Assembly: GCA_036149055.1 (NCBI GenBank)
Contig: JAYZQJ010000031.1
Coordinates: 15,661-79,660 of the forward strand
Direction: 5' to 3'
From: Myxococcota bacterium
Lineage (GTDB): Bacteria > Myxococcota_A > Polyangia > Polyangiales > Sandaracinaceae
Length of the DNA stretch: 64,000 nucleotides
Shown: positions 29,703 to 38,627 of the stretch, in pieces
Layout: every line of letters starts with the position of its first letter
Position numbering within the stretch: the stretch's first letter is position 1
The notes under the pieces: model-generated
What the model saw: the letters and a program-made list of their open reading frames with translations, nothing else
Told to the model about the DNA's origin: nothing
Databases searched by the model: none
Made by a program: the position numbers and the translations under genes

Positions 29703-31604
29703 ATGGACGAGAAGCTCGCGAGCTTCCTGCTGGAAGCGATGGCCGACGGGTTCTCGGTGCTCCGGGAGGACGGCGCCCACCGCCTGGTCAACCCCGCCTT
29801 CTGCCGGATGGTCGGCTTCACGAAGGAGGAGCTGATCGCGGGGGGCCCACCGCCGCACCCGTACTGGCCCGAGGAGCACATGCCCGACATCCTGCGGGCC
29901 TTCGAGGAGATGGAGGCCGGCAAGGACGTCCGGGCGCGCCTCATCTTCTGCAAGAAGGACGGCACCCGCTTCCCGGTGATGGTGCACCCGGCGACGGCCA
30001 AGGTCCGGGGCGAGACGCTCCACTTCGCGACCGTGCAGGACCTCACCGAGATCGAGGCCCGCGCCCGCCGCGAGGAGGAGCTCCGCGCGCTGGTCGAGAC
30101 GATGATCCGCGCCGGGGACCTCGCGACCTGGGTGTGGAACCTGCAGGACGGCACCTCGACCGTCAGCGACAGCTACTTCACGGTGCTCGGCTACGCGCCG
30201 GGCGCGTGGAAGCCCGGCTACGACACCTGGGCGAGCCTCATCCACCCCGACGACCTGCCGGCGGCGGAGGCGAGCATGCAGGGGCTCCTCGCGCACGAGG
30301 ATCGCCTCTACGACACCGAGCACCGCATGCGCGACGCGAACGGGCAGTGGCGCTGGGTGCTCGTGCGCGGCTACGTGACGGAGTGGGACGAGGCGGGTGG
30401 GCCGACCCGCATCACCGGCACGATGCAGGACATCCATCGACTCAAGACGCAGGAGCTCAAGCTCCGGCAGTTCGAGAAGATGGAGGTCCTCGGTCAGCTC
30501 ACCGGCGGCATCGCCCACGACTTCAACAACATCCTGACCACCCTCGCCGGCAACCTCGGGCTCCTCGAGATGTCGGCGGAGGGAGAGCAGAAGGAGCTGG
30601 TCAGCGAGATGCACGAGGGCGTGCGGCGCGCCGAGTCGCTCGTGCAGTCGCTGCTTCGCTACGCGCGCCGCAAGTCGAAGGGGCTGGTGTCGACGGAGCT
30701 GCACGCCTTCCTCGAGCGCACCGAGAAGGTCCTCCGCACCGCGGTGCCCGAGCCCATCACGCTGCGACTCGAGCACGGAGACGGCGAGCTCGGCGCGCGC
30801 TGCGACGTCGACGCGCTCGAGAACGCGCTGCTCAACCTCGTCGTGAACGCGCGCGACGCCTGCGGGCCGGGCGGCACCATCGTGATCCGCACCGGCCGCC
30901 GCGTGGTGTCCGAGGAGGAGGCGAGCGGGCTGGACACGACGCCCGGCGAGTACGCGTTCGTGGCGGTCTGCGACGACGGGCCCGGCATGTCCCCGGAGGT
31001 GAAGCGGCGCGCGCTGGAGCCGCTCTTCACGACCAAGAGCGAGGGCACGGGGACGGGGCTCGGGCTCAGCATGGTGCAACGCGCGATGCGCGACGCGGGC
31101 GGCTTCGTCGGGATCGAGAGCGAGCTCGGTCGGGGCGCGACGGTGACGCTGCACCTGCCCACCGCGTCGGCGACGCCGTCCCTCCACGCGCGAGCGGAGG
31201 ACGCGACCCTCGCGGGCTCCGAGTCGCTCCTGCTGGTCGACGACGAGGAGGGGCTGCTCCGGGTGATGGCCGCCGGGCTGCGGGCGCTCGGCTACGACGT
31301 GACGACGTGCGCCTCGCCCGACGAAGCGCTCCGGCACCTCGGCTCGGTGGACGCGCTGGTGACCGACATCGTGATGCCGTACGCGATCGACGGGGTGGAG
31401 CTGGCGCGGAGGGCGCGCGGCGAGCGACCCGACCTGCCGGTGGTGCTGATGACCGGGTACGCGCGCGAGGAGCGGGAGCAGGCGGCGCGAGAGCTCGGCC
31501 GCGTGCTCTGGAAGCCCTTCCGGGTGGAGCAGCTGGCCGGAGAGATCCGGCGCGCGCTCGACGCTACTCGGGCAGACGAAGCTGTCGACGCCGCAGCGTC
31601 GTGA
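29703..31604 (+). CDS. PAS-PAS hybrid histidine kinase/response regulator
   Basis: Two PAS/PAC domains, GGIAHDFNNIL H-box, NLVVNARDA, EPLFTTK, GTGLGL, C-terminal receiver LLVDDE..TDIVMP. Confidence 0.93.
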   Translation: MDEKLASFLLEAMADGFSVLREDGAHRLVNPAFCRMVGFTKEELIAGGPPPHPYWPEEHMPDILRAFEEMEAGKDVRARLIFCKKDGTRFPVMVHPATAKVRGETLHFATVQDLTEIEARARREEELRALVETMIRAGDLATWVWNLQDGTSTVSDSYFTVLGYAPGAWKPGYDTWASLIHPDDLPAAEASMQGLLAHEDRLYDTEHRMRDANGQWRWVLVRGYVTEWDEAGGPTRITGTMQDIHRLKTQELKLRQFEKMEVLGQLTGGIAHDFNNILTTLAGNLGLLEMSAEGEQKELVSEMHEGVRRAESLVQSLLRYARRKSKGLVSTELHAFLERTEKVLRTAVPEPITLRLEHGDGELGARCDVDALENALLNLVVNARDACGPGGTIVIRTGRRVVSEEEASGLDTTPGEYAFVAVCDDGPGMSPEVKRRALEPLFTTKSEGTGTGLGLSMVQRAMRDAGGFVGIESELGRGATVTLHLPTASATPSLHARAEDATLAGSESLLLVDDEEGLLRVMAAGLRALGYDVTTCASPDEALRHLGSVDALVTDIVMPYAIDGVELARRARGERPDLPVVLMTGYAREEREQAARELGRVLWKPFRVEQLAGEIRRALDATRADEAVDAAAS

Positions 31605-33693
31605 GCTCGTCCTCGAGGGCCTGACTGCGCGACTCCTCGGTGCGCAGCCGCTCCTGGAGCAGGAGCTCTCGCTCGCTCGCGTCGGACGGCGCCAGCTCGG
31701 CGGCAGGCGCGCCCTGGACGACCTCCAGGGTGCGGGGCGGCGCGTCGGTGAGCATCGCGCTGCCGGCGAAGAGGGCCGCGAGGGTCGCGCCCACCAGGAG
31801 GGTCCGCAGCTTCTTCGGGGCGACGCCGCCGGTCCCGCGCATCCGCTCGGCGCGCAGGTGCGCGATCTCGTCGGCGAGCTCACCGGCGCTCGGGCGCTCG
31901 GCCGGGTCGGGGGAGAGCCAGCGCGTGAAGCAGGGCTTCAGGAACGCCAGCTCCGGCGAGCGCGGCCCCGACGGCACCACCTGGGTGCGCTTGCGGAGGA
32001 AGCCGTCGACGTCGGTCGACTGGAGGTCGGAGAGATCCGCCTCCTCGACGCTGTGCAGGAGCGAGAGCGCGAGCGCGAAGACGTCGGCCTTGGGCGTGAG
32101 CGGCACCGAGGCCTGCTCGTCGAAGATGCGCGCCGCGACCTCGGGCGGGAAGTACATGGGGGTCCCCGCGAGCGCCATCTCGCCGTTGGGCGCGGCGACG
32201 CCGAGGTCGAGCAGGATGGGCAGGGTCTCGGGCGTCTCCTCGTTCGCGCCGGTCCGCAGCTCCACCAGGAAGAGGTTCTCGGGCTTGATGTCCTGGTGGC
32301 GGATGCCGGCCGCGTGGAGCGCCGCGAGCGCCCGGGCGAGGCGCTCGAAGTGCGCGAGCGCGTCGTCGAGCGGGAGCGGCCCGCGCCGGATGCGGTCGAG
32401 CAGCAGCTCGCCCTGGTAGAAGGGCATGACGAACCACAGCCGCTCCTCGAACCAGCCGTGGTCCTTGAACTGGACGAGCGAGGGGTGGAACGCGCTCGCG
32501 ATGAGCGAGAGCTCGCGGATGGCGCCCTCCCGCGCGGCCGGGGTGCGGGCGCTGCGGTGCAGGAGCTTGAGCGCGACCACGTGGCCGGGGACGCGCACGT
32601 CGCGCGCCCGGTAGACGTAGGCGAACTCGCCGCCGCCGAGCTTGGACTCGATCTCGTAGCGATCCCCGATGACCGTCCCCGCCGGCAGCGGCACGACCTT
32701 GGGGCGCGCGGCCGCGAGCTGCTCCGCGGTGGGCGGCGCGATCTGGAACGCGTCGTCGAGCAGGCCGTCGAGCGCCGGGGCCTCGTCGAACACGTCCTCG
32801 AGGAGGAGCTTCGCGTAGCCGAGGGCGGCCTCGACCTTGCGGGAGATGGCGTCGCGGGGGACGCCGAGCACGTAGGACAGCTCCTCCACCGTGAGGCCCG
32901 CGCAGACGTGGAGCTGCAGGATCTCCTGCTCCTCCGCGCCGAGCCCGAAGCGGACCTCGTCGAGGCCGCGCCCCCAGCCGTCGGGCCGCCCGGGCGGCGT
33001 GGGCTCCCAGGGGACGGCGCTCATCGGCGCGTCGAGCCCGTCGCCGAAGAGGCGCTCGTACTCGACCAGGTTCTTGGCGGAGAGGAAGAGGCCCGCCTTC
33101 TTGGTCGGCGCCTTGTCGATCTCCTCGGTGATGCCCTGCTCGCAGTCGTCCTCGATGGCCGCGATCGCCCGCTGGGCCGCCTCGCCGTCGCGCATCTGCA
33201 CGGTGAGGTAGGCGCGGAGCGCGGCCGCGTGCTCCTTGATGAGGCGCTGGCCGACGACGCCGGCGGCGGTCTTGTAGAGGCCGCTCGCCATCACGACCTT
33301 CACCGACGCGCCGACCTTCGCGGCCTCCTTCGGCGCGGGCGCCTTCTTCTCGGCCGGGCCCTTCGCCAGGGCCGGCGTGGCGATCGGCGCGCTGCGGGTC
33401 GCGAGCTTCAGCCCGAGCCCACGCTGGGTGGCCGCGAGCAGCCTCCCGAGCGCGCCCATCGGAGACGGCGGCGGCTCGGCGGGAGTCTCGACCCGGATGG
33501 GCGGCGGCGTGGTCGGGGCGGCCTTGGTCGCGATGCGCACGCCGAGCCCCTTCTGGGTCCCGGAGAGCACCTGCTCGATGGGCGAGGGCTTCGCCACCGG
33601 CTGGACGCCGGACTCCGGGCGCCCCTGGTCCGTCTTCTTCGCGTCGGGCCCCAACCCCTGGTGGGTGGCGCCGACCATGCCCTGCGTCTTCAT
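31564..33693 (-). CDS. Ser/Thr protein kinase with an N-terminal degenerate ECF sigma-like region
   Basis: Kinase motifs VALK, HQDIKPEN, DLG, GTPMYFPPE, ADVFAL; upstream LGAEEQEILQLHVCAGLTVEELSYVLGVPRDAISRK resembles sigma70 region 4; C-terminal TM and coiled coil. Confidence 0.85.
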   Translation of the reverse strand: MKTQGMVGATHQGLGPDAKKTDQGRPESGVQPVAKPSPIEQVLSGTQKGLGVRIATKAAPTTPPPIRVETPAEPPPSPMGALGRLLAATQRGLGLKLATRSAPIATPALAKGPAEKKAPAPKEAAKVGASVKVVMASGLYKTAAGVVGQRLIKEHAAALRAYLTVQMRDGEAAQRAIAAIEDDCEQGITEEIDKAPTKKAGLFLSAKNLVEYERLFGDGLDAPMSAVPWEPTPPGRPDGWGRGLDEVRFGLGAEEQEILQLHVCAGLTVEELSYVLGVPRDAISRKVEAALGYAKLLLEDVFDEAPALDGLLDDAFQIAPPTAEQLAAARPKVVPLPAGTVIGDRYEIESKLGGGEFAYVYRARDVRVPGHVVALKLLHRSARTPAAREGAIRELSLIASAFHPSLVQFKDHGWFEERLWFVMPFYQGELLLDRIRRGPLPLDDALAHFERLARALAALHAAGIRHQDIKPENLFLVELRTGANEETPETLPILLDLGVAAPNGEMALAGTPMYFPPEVAARIFDEQASVPLTPKADVFALALSLLHSVEEADLSDLQSTDVDGFLRKRTQVVPSGPRSPELAFLKPCFTRWLSPDPAERPSAGELADEIAHLRAERMRGTGGVAPKKLRTLLVGATLAALFAGSAMLTDAPPRTLEVVQGAPAAELAPSDASERELLLQERLRTEESRSQALEDELTTLRRRQLRLPE

Positions 33694-33751
33694 CGCGCGT
33701 GCCCCCGGGGCAAGCTACAGGGACGGGGTCCAGGATCGCAAGAAAGCCCCC

Positions 33752-35104
33752 TCACGTTCCGCCCTCCCCGCCCGGGCCCACGCGCACCAGCCGGGTGACC
33801 ATCGGGTAGCGGAGGCGGTCGGTCTGGGTGGCGGCGCCGCGGGCCCAGAACACGGTGCGGGTGCGCTCGAGGACCGAGCCGTCCTCGCCCTCGTCGACGA
33901 CCTCCTCGCTGCCGGCGGGCAAGCGCGGATCGACCTCGCGCTCGACCGCCGCGTGGCGGCGGTGCAGCACCCGGGTGTTCCACTCGACGCGGGGCGCGCG
34001 CCGGGCCCCCATCAGCTCCACCCGCATGGTGCCGCGGTAGGCGCTCGCGCGGACGCGGACGTGGAAGGGGTGCGGGTTCCGGATCCGCACGTCCTTGTTG
34101 GGCCAGCTGACCGCGGCGTCGAGGCCGGCGGGGATGTAGGTCGAGTTGCGGGTGTGGGGGTGATGCTCGACGATGTCGAAGCCGGCGAAGAAGGCGGCCG
34201 CGTGGAGCGTCGCCGCGGCCTGGCAGACCCCGCCGCCGATGCCCTCGGTGCGGCGGCCGCCCCGGGCGAGCTCGATGGCCGGCGCGAAGCCGCGCTCGAA
34301 CGTGCGCTCCCCGACCACCTCGTTGAAGGAGAGCTCGCCGCCGGGCTCGATGACCGCGCCGTCGAGGAACCGGGTGGCCAGCTCGATGTTGCGGGCCCGC
34401 CCCGCGGCGTCGCCGTAGAAGGCGTAGCGGGTCTCGTGGGCGGCGACGACCTCGTCGAAGCGCGCCTCGTGGGCGTCGCGGACGGGGTAGGCGGCCGGCG
34501 CGAGCGAGCGGACCGGAAGGCGCAGGAAGGTCTGGTCGGTGCGGAGCGCCTCCGACACCGCGGCGGTGGCCGGCGTCAGGTTCAGCGACACCCCGGGCCG
34601 CCCCCCGTACCCCGCGACGTCGGTGGGCGTCGGATCGACGCTCGCCCGCCGGCGCAGGTCGGCGAGGAAGGCGTGCGCGGCCTCGGCGTCGACCTCGCGG
34701 CGCCAGTCGAGCGCCCGGCTCTCACGGGTCCAGGCGGCGATCACCCGGGCGTGGAGCGGCGCGTCTCCCCGCGCGGCGCGCACCGCCGCGAGCGCCGCCT
34801 CGACGTCCACCGCCCCACCGAGCTCTCGCCGTGTCGCGCGCACCACCTGCGAGCCCGCGTCCAGGCTGACCTCGGTCTCGTGCCACTGCGCGGCGAGGCG
34901 ACGCACGAAGCGCTCGCAGTCCCCCTCGGGCACGGCCACGCCGGCGAGGGTGATGGGCTGACCTTCGTACGCAGTGAGCGCGCTGACGCCCCAGCCGAGC
35001 GCCGCGAGGGAGAGCGCGAGCCCCAACGCCCCCGCGAGCCGGCGCGGCCCGATGCGCGCGGGCCACGTCGGGCGAGGCAGCGTGGGTTCGACGGCGGAGG
35101 ACAT
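33752..35104 (-). CDS. VanW family protein with an N-terminal membrane anchor
   Basis: RARNIELA..PGGELSFNEVVG, GIGGGVCQAAATL, Y(I)PAGLDAAV; start moved to the ATG at 35104. Confidence 0.9.
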   Translation of the reverse strand: MSSAVEPTLPRPTWPARIGPRRLAGALGLALSLAALGWGVSALTAYEGQPITLAGVAVPEGDCERFVRRLAAQWHETEVSLDAGSQVVRATRRELGGAVDVEAALAAVRAARGDAPLHARVIAAWTRESRALDWRREVDAEAAHAFLADLRRRASVDPTPTDVAGYGGRPGVSLNLTPATAAVSEALRTDQTFLRLPVRSLAPAAYPVRDAHEARFDEVVAAHETRYAFYGDAAGRARNIELATRFLDGAVIEPGGELSFNEVVGERTFERGFAPAIELARGGRRTEGIGGGVCQAAATLHAAAFFAGFDIVEHHPHTRNSTYIPAGLDAAVSWPNKDVRIRNPHPFHVRVRASAYRGTMRVELMGARRAPRVEWNTRVLHRRHAAVEREVDPRLPAGSEEVVDEGEDGSVLERTRTVFWARGAATQTDRLRYPMVTRLVRVGPGGEGGT

Positions 35105-35176
35105 GGCGGGCGGAGCCTCGAAGCTACCGGCTCGCGCCCTCGGGGCCAAGAATCCCGGCTTTGACAGCCCCCGGAC

Positions 35177-35512
35177 ATGAGCGATCATGCGGCGGTGTCC
35201 GCGGACCCCGAGCTGTTCGTCGCCGTGAGCGTCTTCGTCGTCGCCAACGAGATGGACGACGCCGTGCAGGACGCCTTCCGCGCGCGGCCACACCTGGTGG
35301 ACGGCGCCGACGGCTTCGTGCGCATGGAGGTGCTCCGGGGCGTCGACGATCCGAAGGAGTTCTGGCTGATCACCCACTGGCGGGACGAGGCGAGCTACGT
35401 CGCCTGGCACCGAGGCCACACCTATCACGACTCGCACGCCGGCATCCCGAAGGGGCTGAAGCTCGTGCGCGGCAGCGCGAGCGTGCGCCGCATGCGGAGC
35501 GTCGCGCTGTGA
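35177..35512 (+). CDS. ABM-family monooxygenase, IsdG/HmoA-like
   Basis: AFRARPHLVD..DGFVRMEVL, ITHWRDEASYVAW, C-terminal HDSH; an alternative GTG start lies at 35195. Confidence 0.8.
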   Translation: MSDHAAVSADPELFVAVSVFVVANEMDDAVQDAFRARPHLVDGADGFVRMEVLRGVDDPKEFWLITHWRDEASYVAWHRGHTYHDSHAGIPKGLKLVRGSASVRRMRSVAL

Positions 35513-36564
35513 GCGCCGAGGGGGCGGCCTGGCTGATCGAGCGAGCGCCCGCGCTCGCGGCCAGGGTCACCGACTTGCAGTACGCGCGCCGTCCGGAGCT
35601 GGCCCAGCGCTGGGGAGACGCGGGGCGCCAGCGCTGCGAGGAGGACGCCCGCCATCACCTCGACTACCTCGCGTCCGCCCTGCGGGGCGCCTCGGAGGCG
35701 CTCTTCGTGCGCTACGTGGAGTGGGCCAAGGTCCTGCTCGCGGCGTACGGGGTCGGCGCCGACGACCTGCGGCTGAACCTGGAGATCCTGCGCGAGGCGG
35801 TGCTGGAGGCGGCCGAAGAGGCGGACGGCGCGACGCTGCGCGCCCCGATCGACGCCGCGCTCGCGCAGCTCGACGACATGCCCTCGTCGCTGCCCTCGCT
35901 GATCGACCCGAGCGCGCCTCACGCCGGGCTCGCCCGACGGTACCTCGACGCCATGCTCGCCGGAGAGCGCCGCCGGGCGATGGAGATGGTGATGGACGCG
36001 GTGAAGGGCGGGGCCCCGGTCCGCGAGATCTACCTCCACGTCTTCGCCCCGGTGCAGCACGAGATCGGGCGGCTCTGGCAGGAGAACGAGATCTCCGTCG
36101 CCACCGAGCACTACTGCACGGCGATCACCCAGCTGGTGATCTCGCAGCTCTATCCGTGGGTCTTCGCGGGCGAGCGGCGCGGGCGCACCCTGGTCGCCAC
36201 CTGCATCGAGGGCGACCTGCACGAGCTCGGCGTGCGCATGGTGGCCGACTTCTTCGAGATGGACGGCTGGGACACCATCTACCTGGGGGCGAACGTCCCC
36301 CTCCGGAGCATCGTGGACACGGTCGAAGAGAAGGGCGCGGATCTGGTCGCGGTGTCGGCGACGATCTCCAAGCACACCGGGGGCATCGCGAGCCTGCTCG
36401 AGGCGCTGCGCGCGCGGCCGGCCACCCGGGACGTCCCGGTCCTCGTCGGCGGCTACCCGTTCAACCTCGAGCCCGAGCTGTGGCGGCGCCTCGGGGCGAG
36501 CGGCCACGCGCGCGACGCCGAGGAGGCGGTCTCGATCGGGCGCCGGCTCGTGGAGGGGGCGTGA
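35509..36564 (+). CDS. Cobalamin-binding protein with an N-terminal phycobiliprotein-like globin domain
   Basis: N-terminal RCEEDARHHLDYL; CarH-type W-x9-EH (WQENEISVATEH) and DLHELG B12 motif; GTG overlaps the ABM stop. Confidence 0.85.
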   Translation: MSAEGAAWLIERAPALAARVTDLQYARRPELAQRWGDAGRQRCEEDARHHLDYLASALRGASEALFVRYVEWAKVLLAAYGVGADDLRLNLEILREAVLEAAEEADGATLRAPIDAALAQLDDMPSSLPSLIDPSAPHAGLARRYLDAMLAGERRRAMEMVMDAVKGGAPVREIYLHVFAPVQHEIGRLWQENEISVATEHYCTAITQLVISQLYPWVFAGERRGRTLVATCIEGDLHELGVRMVADFFEMDGWDTIYLGANVPLRSIVDTVEEKGADLVAVSATISKHTGGIASLLEALRARPATRDVPVLVGGYPFNLEPELWRRLGASGHARDAEEAVSIGRRLVEGA

Positions 36565-37733
36565 GCGGCTCGATCCGGCTCGGCATCGCGCTCCGCCTCG
36601 GCGAGGGCGGGGTCATCGAGGAGATCCTCGTCGACGGCTTCGGCCTCGCGAAGACCGGCGCGCGCCTCGACGAGCTGGTCGAGCCGGCGAGCGCCGAGAA
36701 GGCCCGGCACTTCCTGGATCAGATCGCGCGCGAGGGGGTGGCCTTCGACTGGGAGCTCACGGTTCCCCACGCCGGCAAGCTCACCGTGCTGACCTTCTCG
36801 GGCCGCGAGCACGACGGCTCGGCGGTGGTCCTCGGCGGCCGGACCGCGCTCGAGATCGAGCGCCTGTACGACGACCTCCTGCGCATCAACAACGAGCAGG
36901 CCAACCTGCTGCGGAGCACGGTGCTCGAGCTCACGAGCGTGAAGCGGCGGCGGCCGACCGACACGCTCGACGAGATGATGGAGCTCAACAACGAGCTCGC
37001 CTCCCTGCAGCGCGAGCTGGCCCGCCAGAACGTGCAGCTCGAGCGCCTGAACCAGCAAAAGAACCAGCTCCTCGGCATGGTGGCCCACGATCTCCGCAAC
37101 CCGCTCGGGGTGGTCGCCGGCTACGCGCGCTCGATGCTGGAGGGCATGGGTGGGCCGCCGAACGAGCGGCACCGACGCTTCCTCGAGCGCATCACCCGCA
37201 CCAGCGAGCACATGCTCGGCATGGTCGAGGACCTGGTCGATCTCTCGGCCATCGAGTCCGGCCGCGTCTCGGTGGAGCGGGCCCCGCTCGACCTGTCCCA
37301 GATGCTGGGCGACGCGGTGGAGATCCACGGCCTCATCGCCGAGCAGAAGGGCATCGAGGTGACGCTCGAGGTCCCGGAGGCGCTCGCGCTCGAGGCGGAC
37401 GGCGGCAAGCTGCGTCAGGTCGTCGACAACCTGCTGAGCAACGCCATCAAGTACTCGCACGAGGGCACGACCGTCCAGGTCCGGGCCCGCGTCGAGGACG
37501 GCGCGGTGGTGCTCGAGGTGCGCGACCAGGGGCAGGGCATCCCGGAGGCCGAGCGCGCCCGGCTGTTCCAGCCGTTCGGCCGCACGAGCGTGCGCGCCAC
37601 CGCCGGGGAGAAGAGCACCGGCCTCGGCCTCGCGATCGTGAAGCGCATCGTCGAGGCCCACGACGGCGGCATCGAGGTCGAGAGCACGGTCGGCGCCGGC
37701 TCCACCTTCCGCGTCACCCTGCCCCGCACCTGA
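36561..37733 (+). CDS. Cytoplasmic sensor histidine kinase
   Basis: MVAHDLRNPL, NLLSNAIKYS, DQGQGI, STGLGL; GTG overlaps the upstream stop. Confidence 0.92.
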   Translation: MSGSIRLGIALRLGEGGVIEEILVDGFGLAKTGARLDELVEPASAEKARHFLDQIAREGVAFDWELTVPHAGKLTVLTFSGREHDGSAVVLGGRTALEIERLYDDLLRINNEQANLLRSTVLELTSVKRRRPTDTLDEMMELNNELASLQRELARQNVQLERLNQQKNQLLGMVAHDLRNPLGVVAGYARSMLEGMGGPPNERHRRFLERITRTSEHMLGMVEDLVDLSAIESGRVSVERAPLDLSQMLGDAVEIHGLIAEQKGIEVTLEVPEALALEADGGKLRQVVDNLLSNAIKYSHEGTTVQVRARVEDGAVVLEVRDQGQGIPEAERARLFQPFGRTSVRATAGEKSTGLGLAIVKRIVEAHDGGIEVESTVGAGSTFRVTLPRT

Positions 37734-37759
37734 CGCGGCATCGAGAAGAGCGGAACTGG

Positions 37760-37909
37760 CTCTCGCAAAGCCGCCAAGCCGCCAAGGGGGACCTGGCGAC
37801 GCGATGACGGGACGCCGCCGGGTCACCGTCGGCGGCCCCTGACTCGCCGGTGACCCCCCATCCCGCCGCCCCCCGACCCTCTCTTTGCGCCTTCGCGCCT
37901 TTGCGAGAG
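37760..37909. repeat. Inverted pair of octamer-triplet repeats between convergent genes
   Basis: ctctcgcaaagccgccaagccgccaag (37760) ... ctttgcgccttcgcgcctttgcgagag (37883). Confidence 0.8.
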
Positions 37910-37970
37910 CAGAATTGAAGAAGGCCGCCGCGGTCGCCCGCGACGGCCTCCGGTGGGCGTGAGCCGGGGC

Positions 37971-38534
37971 TCACATGCCGCCGGCGGTGCCCTCGCGGCA
38001 GACCAGGATGCTGAACTCGACGCGCCGGTTGGTCTGGCGGCTCAGCTCGGTGGCGGAGCGCGCCTGGCGGGTCTCGCAGGCCTCGTTGGCGCGGGGCTGG
38101 GTCGAGCCGTAGCCGACCGTCTCCATCATCTCGCGCGGCACGCCCATCTCGACGAGCGCGAGCGCGACCGCCTCGGAGCGCTGCTGCGAGAGCGACATGT
38201 TGTTGTTCTCGTCGCCGCAGGTGTCGGTGTGACCCTCGACCCGCACGCGGCGGATGTCCTGACGGCTCTGCGCGGTGCGCACGACCTCCTGGAGGATCGC
38301 GCGGTTCTGCGCGTCCAGCTCGGCGCCGCCGGTCGGGAAGTTGATGAGCACGGGCATGTGGACCCACTCCTCGGTGCACGGGCCGGTCTGAGCCACGGGC
38401 TGGGGAGCAGGCTGCGCCGCGGGCTGCGGACACACGGGGCAGTTGCACTCGGGGCACTCACCGCCGCCGCAGGCGCTCGCGACCAGCAAGGCCAGCGTGG
38501 CGACGGCGACGCTCAAACTCATGCGAATCTTCAT
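37971..38534 (-). CDS. OmpA-family peptidoglycan-binding lipoprotein
   Basis: Lipobox ASA-C, VEGHTD, NMSLSQQRSEAV, GYGSTQP, NRRVEF. Confidence 0.92.
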   Translation of the reverse strand: MKIRMSLSVAVATLALLVASACGGGECPECNCPVCPQPAAQPAPQPVAQTGPCTEEWVHMPVLINFPTGGAELDAQNRAILQEVVRTAQSRQDIRRVRVEGHTDTCGDENNNMSLSQQRSEAVALALVEMGVPREMMETVGYGSTQPRANEACETRQARSATELSRQTNRRVEFSILVCREGTAGGM

Positions 38535-38627
38535 CTCTCTCTCTTCTCCCCCAGAGGCAGAGCCTCCGCTGAAATCGGCCGCGAGTATCACCGCGCGGGG
38601 GCGCGCTTTGCAATAGGGCGGCTGGGA

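Noticed and set aside
31564..31604. 41-bp convergent overlap of two kinase genes
   Set aside because: Short 3' overlaps are common in GC-rich genomes
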